DNA from: an uncultured bacterium
GTDB taxonomy: Bacteria > Babelota > Babeliae > Babelales > Babelaceae
Length of the DNA: 64,000 bases
Direction: 5' to 3'
Assembly: GCA_963713855.1 (NCBI GenBank)
Contig: OY970209.1
Coordinates: 576,001 to 640,000 of the forward strand
Of this stretch, positions 42,471 through 51,631 are shown one piece after another. The first letter of the stretch is position 1. The number at the start of each line of letters is the position of its first letter. The position numbers were made by a program, and so were the translations under genes. The notes under the pieces were generated by a model that did not search any database, was not told the DNA's origin, and saw nothing but the letters and a program-made list of their open reading frames with translations.

Positions 42471-44324
42471 ATGTTTAACAAATTAAAAAAATTTAAGCTT
42501 TTGGGGTTGATGCTTTCGGTATCGCTCACTTTAAGCTCGATTTGTAATGGTCAGCTTCGTTCTGACGATGCACGGCGTGTGGCAAGTATTCGTTACAATG
42601 CTCATCAGTTTAATAAGGCGCGTACACAGCAGGGTAGAGATAGGCGAGGTACGAGAATATTGAACACTGCAAGCGGAATCCGGACCCCAAGAGGAGTTTC
42701 AAGTGCGCGAAGGGCACTAGAAAAAAAAGGGATAAGTGGCACAGAGCTTAAAGAATCAGCTTTTAGAAATACGCAATTCTTACTATTTAAAGAAGCAGTC
42801 GACCGGTTTGTGCAAAGAAGAAGAAGTCCGCGTAGGACCAGGAGAGCTGCAATGCGTGTTGTTGCTGCTTATAGACAATTAAGTCCTGCGTATGAACGCG
42901 ACGCTCAGAAATATTTAGCGAAGTACCGTTTGACCTTACCAGTTCTTGGAGCGATTGCCGGCATGTCAACAACACCGGTAGTTCCGCAAAGAACTCCATC
43001 TCCAGCAGAAGCTCGCCAAACTGCTCAGCGAGAAGCTTTGCAAGTTAGAAAAGATGTCGGGCAACTTCAGGCTCAAGTAGGCGAGGTCGAAGGCAAAGTT
43101 AATAAACTTTTAAGTCAGCCAACTACAACGTTTACTTTAGACGAGGTAAAGTCTATCGTTACCAAAGCCGTAGCCGGTCTTCAGAAGAAACTTGTAGACT
43201 TGGAAGCGCGTGTGGCTGACCAGGAAGCCTTGGTAGACCCATCGTTAGATTATGAAAAAGAGAGATTGGAGGCAGAAGCCTCGCAATTTGCGGATGTTAA
43301 AAAGCTTATTGATTTAATCGAGAAAGCTGATGCTTTAATGCTCCGGAAAATTAATTCTCGTAGGGCGGCTCAAGCCGAGTCTATTAGGTCGGACCTTAAC
43401 GATGCTCTTGGTGACTATAAAGATACGCCAAATTCAAATCCAACGATTATGAGCGCAGCTCAAAATCGTATTGTCGGGCTTTCAGCATTTATCGGTAAGC
43501 TTTCTGTCCCCGAAAAACCCGAACCTGTAACAACTAATGCGGTAAGCATGCATGAGCTTCGTAGTGCCATAGATTTTGCTGATCAAGTTCTTGGCAAAGG
43601 TGTACCTATAGCATATCTAGAATCTGTTGAAGAAAGGCTTACAAACGAGCTAACTGTTATTGATGAAGCTATTGCAGATAACAAACAAGGTATCGATTAC
43701 GCAATGATAGCTGATGGTCGCCTAAAGTTGGCACAAGTGGCTAATGAGCTTGCAGCTAGGGCTGCAGCTAAGCCTTTACTGCTACCGATAAAATCAGAGC
43801 CATCTAAGACACCAGCACCTCGTCAGAGCTCTCTTAAGCCGTTATCACCCTTAGCTGAATCTGTAAAAAATCTGACAGATCTTGCTAATGTAATGCTCGC
43901 AGGCGGTGCAACGCAGTATCTTGGAGGCTTGAAGGCAGATCTTCAAAAGAATTTAACTGATCTTCAGAATGAGCCAAGGCCAGATAAGGATGTTGTTGAT
44001 GGAGCACAAGATGCTATTAACCGTATAGAAGCGAAATTGAATGCTCCGGTACTTTCTGGGAATGTGCAAAGAGTAGATGAGCCGACGATGGATTTCTATG
44101 TAAAATCTGTCGTAGATGCCACGAATTACGCAAATTCGTTAAACGCTTATGATTCATATAAGGACTTAGCAGGAGCGATAGCGTCACTGAAGGGCGCAAT
44201 CGAGCATCTCGAAACAGCGGCGGCTGCGCAAAAGGTCGCGGTCGACCAAACCGTCGTCGATAATGCTCAAGGCGCTATCGGACGCCTGATTGCTGTCGAA
44301 AGACAGAAAAGCGCGCCGATCTGA
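42471..44324 (+). CDS. Secreted protein with Arg-rich N-domain and helical repeats
   Basis: GAGG SD, Sec signal, ~140-aa very basic region, then coiled-coil/helical repeats (V...AQ.AI.R.). Confidence 0.7.
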   Translation: MFNKLKKFKLLGLMLSVSLTLSSICNGQLRSDDARRVASIRYNAHQFNKARTQQGRDRRGTRILNTASGIRTPRGVSSARRALEKKGISGTELKESAFRNTQFLLFKEAVDRFVQRRRSPRRTRRAAMRVVAAYRQLSPAYERDAQKYLAKYRLTLPVLGAIAGMSTTPVVPQRTPSPAEARQTAQREALQVRKDVGQLQAQVGEVEGKVNKLLSQPTTTFTLDEVKSIVTKAVAGLQKKLVDLEARVADQEALVDPSLDYEKERLEAEASQFADVKKLIDLIEKADALMLRKINSRRAAQAESIRSDLNDALGDYKDTPNSNPTIMSAAQNRIVGLSAFIGKLSVPEKPEPVTTNAVSMHELRSAIDFADQVLGKGVPIAYLESVEERLTNELTVIDEAIADNKQGIDYAMIADGRLKLAQVANELAARAAAKPLLLPIKSEPSKTPAPRQSSLKPLSPLAESVKNLTDLANVMLAGGATQYLGGLKADLQKNLTDLQNEPRPDKDVVDGAQDAINRIEAKLNAPVLSGNVQRVDEPTMDFYVKSVVDATNYANSLNAYDSYKDLAGAIASLKGAIEHLETAAAAQKVAVDQTVVDNAQGAIGRLIAVERQKSAPI

Positions 44325-44334
44325 TTGAGATTAA

Positions 44335-44359
44335 AGGGCAGCGATATCAGCTGCCCTTC
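44335..44359. terminator. Hairpin between convergent genes
   Basis: aagggcagc-gatatca-gctgccctt. Confidence 0.55.
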
Positions 44360-44361
44360 CT

Positions 44362-44883
44362 TTAAAATTCGAAATCTTTGTAGAGCATGCTTGGTTGAAT
44401 GCCATTATTATGTTGGTATTTGTTGCTTGAGTAAGGGGTGTAATCCCCTTCGATCGTGTGATAAAAAATTTGCCCGATCTCAACCCCAGGATAGACTTTT
44501 ACTGGTTGCACACAAAACATCTCAAGAGTCCAAAATCCGCAAAAGCCCACATCACCAAACCCAGCAGTAATGTGAATGAAGAGCCCTAATCTTCCGATTG
44601 ATGAGCGGCCTTCAAGCATCGGCACGGCATTTTTAGTAATGGTATATTCTAAAGTGCGTCCAAGATAGAGGACTCCCGGCTCCAAAATGAGGCCCTGTGT
44701 TGGTATTACCAGAGTCTTTGTTGAATGCTTTTTTTTCATGTCGAGTACGGGCTCGTCGTAGAGTAAAAGCTCATGATGTAGGCGCACGTTGTAGCTGTTG
44801 GGACCCAACTGCTTTTCGTTAAAAGGCTCGATTGTAATATCGTTTCCTAATCTTTTTTTTATCTCAAGTCCTGATAATATCAT
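44362..44883 (-). CDS. dcd: dCTP deaminase
   Basis: MILS..EI, PNSY.V.L, LG.T.E, EGRSSIGRLGL..H.TAGFGD.GF.G..TLE, Y...KYQ. Confidence 0.93.
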   Translation of the reverse strand: MILSGLEIKKRLGNDITIEPFNEKQLGPNSYNVRLHHELLLYDEPVLDMKKKHSTKTLVIPTQGLILEPGVLYLGRTLEYTITKNAVPMLEGRSSIGRLGLFIHITAGFGDVGFCGFWTLEMFCVQPVKVYPGVEIGQIFYHTIEGDYTPYSSNKYQHNNGIQPSMLYKDFEF

Positions 44884-44910
44884 CGCAACAGCCCTTGTGT
44901 AATATAACTC

Positions 44911-45771
44911 TTAGACAGGGTAGAGACCCTCTGACTCGAGTATATCACAAGCTCTTGCTGGCCAATAGACATTGCTTCTAAAGTGATTAAAGTGTTCTCT
45001 TCGGTCACCTAAACCCGGGCCCGAGGTATGTAGAACTCCCGATTCACGTCGATGCAATTCGGCTGACACCTCAACGAGTGGTCCTGGATCTTCTTGAACC
45101 AAGTGGTGTAACTCGACAGATTCACCATCGGGACCGATCGGCGCATTACCACGCAACATTCGCTCGAGGTTGGTGCGTCCGTTGGTATCTACGTGCCATG
45201 GATCGATCAGGCCGTCGCGTTGATGAAACGTGTATCCAGAAGGATTTTCAATGATCGCATCCCAGTGCTCGCCTTCCCTAAATATAGCGCGTGCAAGCAC
45301 GCGGACTTTTCTGCGCACCGTCCCCGAATCTTGTTTTTTCCTTCGCTTTCTACTTTTGCTCTCTCGTGATCCAATCTGTTTTAGAGGGCTCGGATTTTCT
45401 GGGTTGTCTGTATCATGGGTAATGGGATACACTTGCCTAAAAAAGGGAGTCAAAGCGATAGCCTCTCTTCGTATGCGCTCTTTTCGGCGAGGAGTGCTTG
45501 CGTCGGCAAGATCAGTTAGCCGTTCATGGTTACGACTAAAAACTTGAGGTTCCTGTTGCCCTTCCTCGTACTGCATCCGTTTGCGCTTTTTGCCTCTAGG
45601 AGAATCAGCCCCGTCTCGGCCACGGTTAGGATCTCTATTTTCGACGTCGTCGAGGTTTTGAGAACCATCCGATGGCTTGGTAGGCTCCATCGCACAAAGC
45701 GGTGCAAAGAAAAAGCACGGTACCAAAAGGATTAAAAATAATTTATTAAAAAAAGCGATTATCTTTTTCAT
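44911..45771 (-). CDS. Secreted LHH-family (HNH/EndoVII) nuclease with basic NLS-like motifs
   Basis: Signal ending LCA|ME; PRGKKRKR and KSRKRRKK; C-terminal TNLERM..G.APIG.DG..VELHH..Q...GPL.EV...H...LH....R..F..FR..YW. Confidence 0.85.
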   Translation of the reverse strand: MKKIIAFFNKLFLILLVPCFFFAPLCAMEPTKPSDGSQNLDDVENRDPNRGRDGADSPRGKKRKRMQYEEGQQEPQVFSRNHERLTDLADASTPRRKERIRREAIALTPFFRQVYPITHDTDNPENPSPLKQIGSRESKSRKRRKKQDSGTVRRKVRVLARAIFREGEHWDAIIENPSGYTFHQRDGLIDPWHVDTNGRTNLERMLRGNAPIGPDGESVELHHLVQEDPGPLVEVSAELHRRESGVLHTSGPGLGDRREHFNHFRSNVYWPARACDILESEGLYPV

Positions 45772-45900
45772 TAACGTTTTATACCTATGTGATAAAAAAT
45801 CGTGTTCACATCCAAATTGTAAGTTCATTATCAATTATAAATTATATACTTAAAAAAGCAATAAAACTGCGGGCTTTGTGAACTTGATAGGCATCAAAAT

Positions 45901-46953
45901 TTATGTAGATCTGGTGCTTGCGAATTTTTTCCAGTGGTAGATGAGAAATCCAAAAGTGGCGATGAGGCTTATCTGGATGAGAATGATGGAGGAGATTTTA
46001 AGAGGGACAACGTACTCGGGAAAGCGGTGGGCTCCTTCAAGAAGAGCGAGCATAACGAGGAATGCTATGAAGGAATGTATGAGGAAGATGTTAAAAATAT
46101 GGTCTGAGAGAGTAAAATAACTCACGTTGGGCGAGATTCTTTCGATGACAAAACGATAGGCAAGAAGTCCGGTCAAACTCGCGATACTGAGCGTTACCAT
46201 AGGCTGAGGATACTTTTCCGGATTAAGGGTTAGGGCAAGAAAACCGATAAAAAAGGCAAAAAAGAGCGGTAGCGCGATAATAAACAATTTTCTTGTTCCT
46301 TCCCTGATACAGCTTACGGTAAAGACGAGTGTTGGATACTCGACAACATTGCTGTTGTGCCCACGCCGATCCATTTGAGCATAGGCATCTTCTACCTTCA
46401 GGTACCAACCTGGAATGCGAGGGTGCGTTATAGCCAAACTTTCTTTAGTCGTTTTCAATGACATGTTGCTGAGTATGGAGGACGGGTATTCCAGAATGAG
46501 GTGCATGGCGTGATTTCCAAGAGGAAATGATTGATAATAAAGGTCAGTACTAAATTGGACCCTTATTTTAAAAAAAGTGTGGGTTATTCCATCTTTTACG
46601 TACTCGTCTTGCTCAAAAAGCTCCGCCACTTTTCCTCGTCTACAGGTGAATGCTGTTAGATATTTCTTGTTTATTGCGTCAGCATTATAAGAAAACCATA
46701 AAAATCCCTCGAGTATGAACGAGTTTCCCGTTATATCAAAAAGAGGGAAGTCTTCAATAATAAGCCCAATGTGCACCTCAGGTACATTTGCATTTTCGGC
46801 AAGGGGATAAAAAGGGGAGGGTTGTGCGCTTATCTGGACGTTGTTAAGCGTCTTTATGTTTGTATAAAATAAAAAGATAATGACAACCGCCGTGTACGAA
46901 ATACTCAGCAGCTCAAGAAGAAAGTTATCGATCTGATAAAAGTGCATGGCCAT
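45901..46953 (-). CDS. Prokaryotic pentameric ligand-gated ion channel homolog (GLIC/ELIC-like)
   Basis: V.IG..I......D....F...G.LW, Pro-loop L.Y..FPL..H, W, R preceding M1 with LPL, M2-M3 loop P.VSY.T..D, four C-terminal TMs. Confidence 0.75.
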   Translation of the reverse strand: MAMHFYQIDNFLLELLSISYTAVVIIFLFYTNIKTLNNVQISAQPSPFYPLAENANVPEVHIGLIIEDFPLFDITGNSFILEGFLWFSYNADAINKKYLTAFTCRRGKVAELFEQDEYVKDGITHTFFKIRVQFSTDLYYQSFPLGNHAMHLILEYPSSILSNMSLKTTKESLAITHPRIPGWYLKVEDAYAQMDRRGHNSNVVEYPTLVFTVSCIREGTRKLFIIALPLFFAFFIGFLALTLNPEKYPQPMVTLSIASLTGLLAYRFVIERISPNVSYFTLSDHIFNIFLIHSFIAFLVMLALLEGAHRFPEYVVPLKISSIILIQISLIATFGFLIYHWKKFASTRST

Positions 46954-47167
46954 ACTTTAAAAGAGACTTCATTGTCTTCCTACCATACCCCACCAGCACA
47001 TATCTTGTCTATACGGGAAAACTGTTCTAAGCCCCCTTCTTCTGAGATATTCTTATAAGACATTCTAGATGATCTTGAAAACCATTGATTTAAAAGCCTT
47101 TTTTTTAATATAATTACTAGTAGTAAAATAATAAGTACATAACTACCTGATACAAAGGAGGAGTAAT

Positions 47168-47695
47168 ATGTTGAAGAAGTATGTGGCTATTGCGCTTGCG
47201 GTTGGCATGGCGCTGAGTGGCCTTATGATTGAAGCTCGTGGCGGAGGCCGTGGCGGCGGCGGAGGCAGAGGCGGTGGAGGCCGTGGTGGTATGGGCCGTG
47301 GCGGTGGTCGTGGCGGCATGGGTCGTCGTGGCGGCATGGGTCGCGGAGCTATGAGATCAGGATTCCGTGGTGGCCGTGGTATGGCTCGAGGCGGAATGCG
47401 TACAATGACCGGCAGTCGAGGCAGAGGCTTTAATCGTGGCGGACGCGGCTTTAACCGTGGCAGAGGCTTTAACCGTGGTAGAGGCTTTAATCGTGGCTTT
47501 GGACGCGGCGGTGGATGGTGGGGCCCAGGATGGGGTGGCTACTGGGGCGGTGGTTACTGGCCTTGGTACGATGACTATGACTATTCTTATCCAAGCTCAA
47601 CCAGTTATTATTCCTATCCAAGTTCTACTACCTACGTTGTAGATAGCGATAGTGATTATGGCTATGATGATGGTTCCTATGCCACCTATTATTAA
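47168..47695 (+). CDS. Secreted Gly/Arg-rich (RGG) and Tyr/Ser/Asp-rich low-complexity protein
   Basis: AGGAGG SD, signal ending IEA, RGG and GRGFNR repeats, GWWG, YDDYDYSY tail. Confidence 0.75.
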   Translation: MLKKYVAIALAVGMALSGLMIEARGGGRGGGGGRGGGGRGGMGRGGGRGGMGRRGGMGRGAMRSGFRGGRGMARGGMRTMTGSRGRGFNRGGRGFNRGRGFNRGRGFNRGFGRGGGWWGPGWGGYWGGGYWPWYDDYDYSYPSSTSYYSYPSSTTYVVDSDSDYGYDDGSYATYY

Positions 47696-47743
47696 GATTG
47701 TCTTCTTATAAAGAAGCTATCGATGAAGGGTAAGGTTTTCGCC

Positions 47744-48232
47744 TTACCCTTTCATTTTTAAAAAAAGCCAGGCATTTTTAGAAGTCTGATACATCTTTGT
47801 TTTGATTAATGCGTAGGTGCCTTCAAGTTTTTTTCCATGCAGAAGTATTTCTAGGTGACCTTCTTTGTACGCTCTTTCGGCACTTATATCTTTAAGCATA
47901 GAAAAAGTGCCGTGATCCCAAATTTCAACCGTTCCTGCCCCATAATTTCCTGGAGGTATTGTACCTTTAAAGGTGGCATATTCGAGTGGATGATCTTCAG
48001 TTTCAATGGCTAAGTGTTTGTCACCGGTTTTAAGTGGTGGACCTTTGGGTACCGCCCATGATTTGAGTACTCCATCAATTTCGAGCCTAAAATCATAATG
48101 TAGATGACTTGCGGCGTGCTTTTGTACAACGAAGATCGCTTTATCTTTTTGTTGAGCAGGCAACCCCGAAGGCTCTGGTGTTTTGTCAAAAGTTCGTTTG
48201 GAGCGGTATGTTTTGAGTCTCTCATTTGTCAT
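47744..48232 (-). CDS. Stand-alone LigD 3'-phosphoesterase (PE) domain protein
   Basis: Y..KR.F.KTPEP, FVVQKH.A..LHYDFRLE..GVLKSWAVPKGP, TEDHP.EY..F.G.IP.G.YGAG.V.IWD.G. Confidence 0.9.
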   Translation of the reverse strand: MTNERLKTYRSKRTFDKTPEPSGLPAQQKDKAIFVVQKHAASHLHYDFRLEIDGVLKSWAVPKGPPLKTGDKHLAIETEDHPLEYATFKGTIPPGNYGAGTVEIWDHGTFSMLKDISAERAYKEGHLEILLHGKKLEGTYALIKTKMYQTSKNAWLFLKMKG

Positions 48233-48438
48233 TACGAGCACCTTGCTAAAAGACTATATCTTTAGTGTAACAGGGTCATGGCGTAGCAGTGCAAGAGCTC
48301 ACGTTAAAGCTAAGCGAGTGACTGAACAATTCTTATAAATTCAATCTGGTGATAATATATATATTTAAATTCGTAATTTTATATGATAGAATTAGAGGTA
48401 AGGTGATATTTTTCAATAACCAAACGGAAGGTATAATT

Positions 48439-49128
48439 ATGCAATCGACTTCTAAGTTTTTCTATCTTTTATCTGTCCTGTTGCTTGCTGCAACTGTTTC
48501 GGAGTGCAGGCTTGCAGTCATGTCCGATTCATCGAGCACAACGGTAGAAAAAGCTAAACGCAGAGCTCTAAGTGGCTATCTTAACCGAACAAATCGTACC
48601 ACCTTCAATCCTCGTTTTGTAGGTATTTTTGTTAGTAAGACGGATCCTTCAGAAGGGTTTATCGATTTTTGTGGTAAGAAGGTAGCAACTATAAGACTCG
48701 AAGAAAACGGCAAAGAGCAAGATGGCGAACTGTTCGTTGGAAAGCTTGCTAAAAAGGGCATTTTTGTAAAGAAAGCTGATTTAGCTGCTGGCTCATTTGA
48801 ACAATGTCCCCTTCTTCCCGGCAAGAGCCGTGGATACAGCGGTTATGTCAATAAGACGAGTGCGGTAAGCTTTACTCCTCGTTTGATTGGGATTTTTGTA
48901 TCGCAAGATAATCCTGAAGAGGGCTTTCTTGATTTTTGCGGTGTAGGTGTTGGTCCTGTCACCCTCAAGCCAGCAAAAGAAAGTTTAGAAGCGCATGAAG
49001 TTATTCTGGGCACGATCAACGGCAATAACCTAGTTATCTCAGCTGAAAATCTGTCTAAAGCTTCACTTTCTTGTGGAGTATCTCAAAAAGGTCCAGGCTT
49101 CAAGTTTGCTGGAAGAGAAGAGTTATAA
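48439..49128 (+). CDS. Secreted protein with internal two-fold repeat
   Basis: Signal; SGYLNRT...F.PR.VGIFVS...P.EGF.DFCG occurs twice. Confidence 0.7.
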   Translation: MQSTSKFFYLLSVLLLAATVSECRLAVMSDSSSTTVEKAKRRALSGYLNRTNRTTFNPRFVGIFVSKTDPSEGFIDFCGKKVATIRLEENGKEQDGELFVGKLAKKGIFVKKADLAAGSFEQCPLLPGKSRGYSGYVNKTSAVSFTPRLIGIFVSQDNPEEGFLDFCGVGVGPVTLKPAKESLEAHEVILGTINGNNLVISAENLSKASLSCGVSQKGPGFKFAGREEL

Positions 49129-49148
49129 AAAAGTAGTAAAAAAAGCAT

Positions 49149-49182
49149 GGGCAGATGTTCCGTAAGGAGCGTCTGCCTTTTC
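49149..49182. terminator. Hairpin between convergent genes
   Basis: gggcagatgttcc-gtaa-ggagcgtctgcct followed by ttt. Confidence 0.6.
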
Positions 49183-50100
49183 TTATACGCTTGCTTTGGA
49201 TGGGCGCATGAAGAGTGTGCGTAAACTTTTTTCAAGCTGGTGTTTATATACTGAACAGACAGCTCCCATGCTGATGAAAATGCCAGCTATGCCGACGGTA
49301 GAGTTTATAGGAACACCAAGGAAAAGAGCTTCTAAAACACTCGTCAGGAAGGGAATGCTAAAGCTTGATAAGGTAAGCATAGTGACTGTGTACCTTGGCG
49401 CAATGGTCGTATAGATATGATCAACGGAGCCATGGTAAATGAGCGCTAAGGCCAGCACATCAAAGCGATTATGTATGCAACTGGCAATATCTATTTGAGA
49501 CCACTGTTCAGTGAAAAATGAGTGAGCTACCGCTAAAATGCCGCCAATGATCATACTAACACTGGTTAGCATAAAAGGATCAAAGTTTTTGTCTTTATAA
49601 AGGTCACGTATAAGTATGAAACCGCATGTCCACGCAATATTGGCTAAAATTATCGTTATTTCGCCTGGCATGTAAGAAAGCTGGCTCAAAACGTCCACTG
49701 GACTGAAAAAAGGCGTTGTTCCCAGTGTTATAAGGCCTAGACCAATCCACTCAAAAGCGGTAAGACGCTCACTAAAAATTATCCATTCTAAAAGAGCAGA
49801 CATAAGAACAGCTGTGTTATCCAAAAATGCTGCCTTGGTAGCAGCAACTGTCGCTAGTCCCCAGAGAGCCAGAGCATTATAAAGATATATGCTTAAAATG
49901 CTGCTCAAAGAGATGAGCCCAAGACTTTTCCAGCGCAGTGTAAGTGCTTTTTTGATGAACCCCAGATAGAAAAGGGGTGCTATACCGGTAAGGAGTAAGC
50001 GCACTCCTAAAAAGAGAAGAGGAGGCATGGTATCAACTACAACCTTAGTGAGCGGATAGCCGATTGCATACAGTAAATTGATAAATACAAGGTATAACAT
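49183..50100 (-). CDS. DMT/EamA family transporter
   Basis: About 10 TMs; PPL...G.R and F.ERL motifs. Start trimmed to ATG 50100. Confidence 0.8.
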   Translation of the reverse strand: MLYLVFINLLYAIGYPLTKVVVDTMPPLLFLGVRLLLTGIAPLFYLGFIKKALTLRWKSLGLISLSSILSIYLYNALALWGLATVAATKAAFLDNTAVLMSALLEWIIFSERLTAFEWIGLGLITLGTTPFFSPVDVLSQLSYMPGEITIILANIAWTCGFILIRDLYKDKNFDPFMLTSVSMIIGGILAVAHSFFTEQWSQIDIASCIHNRFDVLALALIYHGSVDHIYTTIAPRYTVTMLTLSSFSIPFLTSVLEALFLGVPINSTVGIAGIFISMGAVCSVYKHQLEKSLRTLFMRPSKASV

Positions 50101-50350
50101 AAATCCTTTTTTAAGAGCGTATATCGTATACGTTCTTAACATACTCTCACTCATGGATATAGTAAAGAAGAATTGTGAGAGAAAAAAGTGGCTTAGAAGA
50201 AGCCTTTAAATTAACGAGTCAATGCTTCTTTTAGTAAAGCCAGTTACCAAAAAATTCCTCGCTAGCTCTTTATTGAAGAAAAACATTTTCTTTAATCGTT
50301 GTATGAAACAGTATTTCTATTCTTGAAAAAGAAAAGTCGTGACGGGTGGT

Positions 50351-51631
50351 TCAAGATTGACTGGCATGCTCGGCGATGATGCTTCTTAGTTCAGTTGGTA
50401 ACTCAAGAAAAGGAGAACCGCCAGTACCCGCTCGTGCAGTTGTCAAAATTCTTTCAGTTCCGCGTGTTAGAACTTCGTGCATGATAAGACTATATATCAG
50501 TTCATATCGTGCATGGTCGGGTCCAGGATATCTAGCCAAACGTTCGACTCGATGAAGGGCTGGCAATAGCTCAACCTGAGTATTACTTCGAACTTGATGC
50601 AGAAGATACTCAACGATTTCTAAAAAGCCTCCTTGAGCGGCGTACAAAAGAGCTAAGCTGAGATGTTGCGGGGATGCGTGAGTTTGGAGCCTCTCATTAA
50701 ATTCTCGTACAAGGTCCAGGTTGCCCTGTCTGGCTGCAATAACAAGCCCGTCATCTAATGAGATATAGCTAGAAAAATTGTTGACTAGAAGATGGATTAT
50801 AGGCGAATTATTTTGAGCAATGGAGAGCAAAAATATCTCGTTTAATCTTTCAGTAAGCTCTTTTAGAGCTTCTTCGGGAAAATCCGTATGATAAAGTTTT
50901 ATCAAGAGGTCCTCGGCTTGCGAGGTTTCTCTGAGGGCGATAGCTTGTAAAATGGGATCATTCTTAAAAGCATGAAGAATTTCTTTGCGAACCTCTTTTT
51001 TCTCGTTTTCGCTTACTGTATTAAAGTCTGCACCATATTCAATCATAAGTCTGGTGAAGTTACTATTAGTCCGAGTAGAGAACTCAAGGATTGAATGGCC
51101 CATTATCCTAATCCTATTGGGATCAGCTCCGGCTTCGAGAAGCATCTCAAAAGTTTCTAAATCTTTGTCAAGTAGACTCTGAAATAAAGGATTACCGACA
51201 TTAACGTCAGCGCCAGATTCAATGAGTAATCGTATTACCTCAAACGATAACGCTGCCTGTTTAGGTCTCGAATTATATGAATGGTTTCTTCGCTCAGTAA
51301 TTGCAAGTAATAAAGGCGATCTGTCGCGGCTCAACTCATTAATATCGGCGTCTTGCTCAATAAGAGTGCGGATGATTGTGATGCCTTCGGGGCCTTGGAG
51401 TGAAAAAATTGCCAAATGTAAAGGAGAAAAATGGTTGTGGGATTCCGCACCAAGACTCGCTCCCGCTTTAATTGCTGCTCTCAACGCTTTGTCGTCTGAG
51501 GCATAAATTGCATCAGTCAACGCCTTGTTTGCGTTTGCATTATCCCCATTCATTGGCGTGGTGGGCAGAAAAATTGAGTGAGAAAGCCCTGCTAATGCAA
51601 TTAGTGCTAGATGTTTTAAAAGCATTATCAA
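50351..51631 (-). CDS. Secreted ankyrin repeat protein with C-terminal F-box-like motif
   Basis: Signal; SPLHLA, SPLLLA, GADVN, AA..G.L..V repeats; ends PFLELPTELRSIIAEH. Confidence 0.85.
   Translation of the reverse strand: MIMLLKHLALIALAGLSHSIFLPTTPMNGDNANANKALTDAIYASDDKALRAAIKAGASLGAESHNHFSPLHLAIFSLQGPEGITIIRTLIEQDADINELSRDRSPLLLAITERRNHSYNSRPKQAALSFEVIRLLIESGADVNVGNPLFQSLLDKDLETFEMLLEAGADPNRIRIMGHSILEFSTRTNSNFTRLMIEYGADFNTVSENEKKEVRKEILHAFKNDPILQAIALRETSQAEDLLIKLYHTDFPEEALKELTERLNEIFLLSIAQNNSPIIHLLVNNFSSYISLDDGLVIAARQGNLDLVREFNERLQTHASPQHLSLALLYAAQGGFLEIVEYLLHQVRSNTQVELLPALHRVERLARYPGPDHARYELIYSLIMHEVLTRGTERILTTARAGTGGSPFLELPTELRSIIAEHASQS

Noticed and set aside
47221..47520. Short tandem DNA repeats (ggcagaggctttaaccgt-like) as a possible CRISPR array or VNTR
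   Set aside because: They are in-frame coding repeats of GRGFNR, with no spacers and no cas genes in the window.
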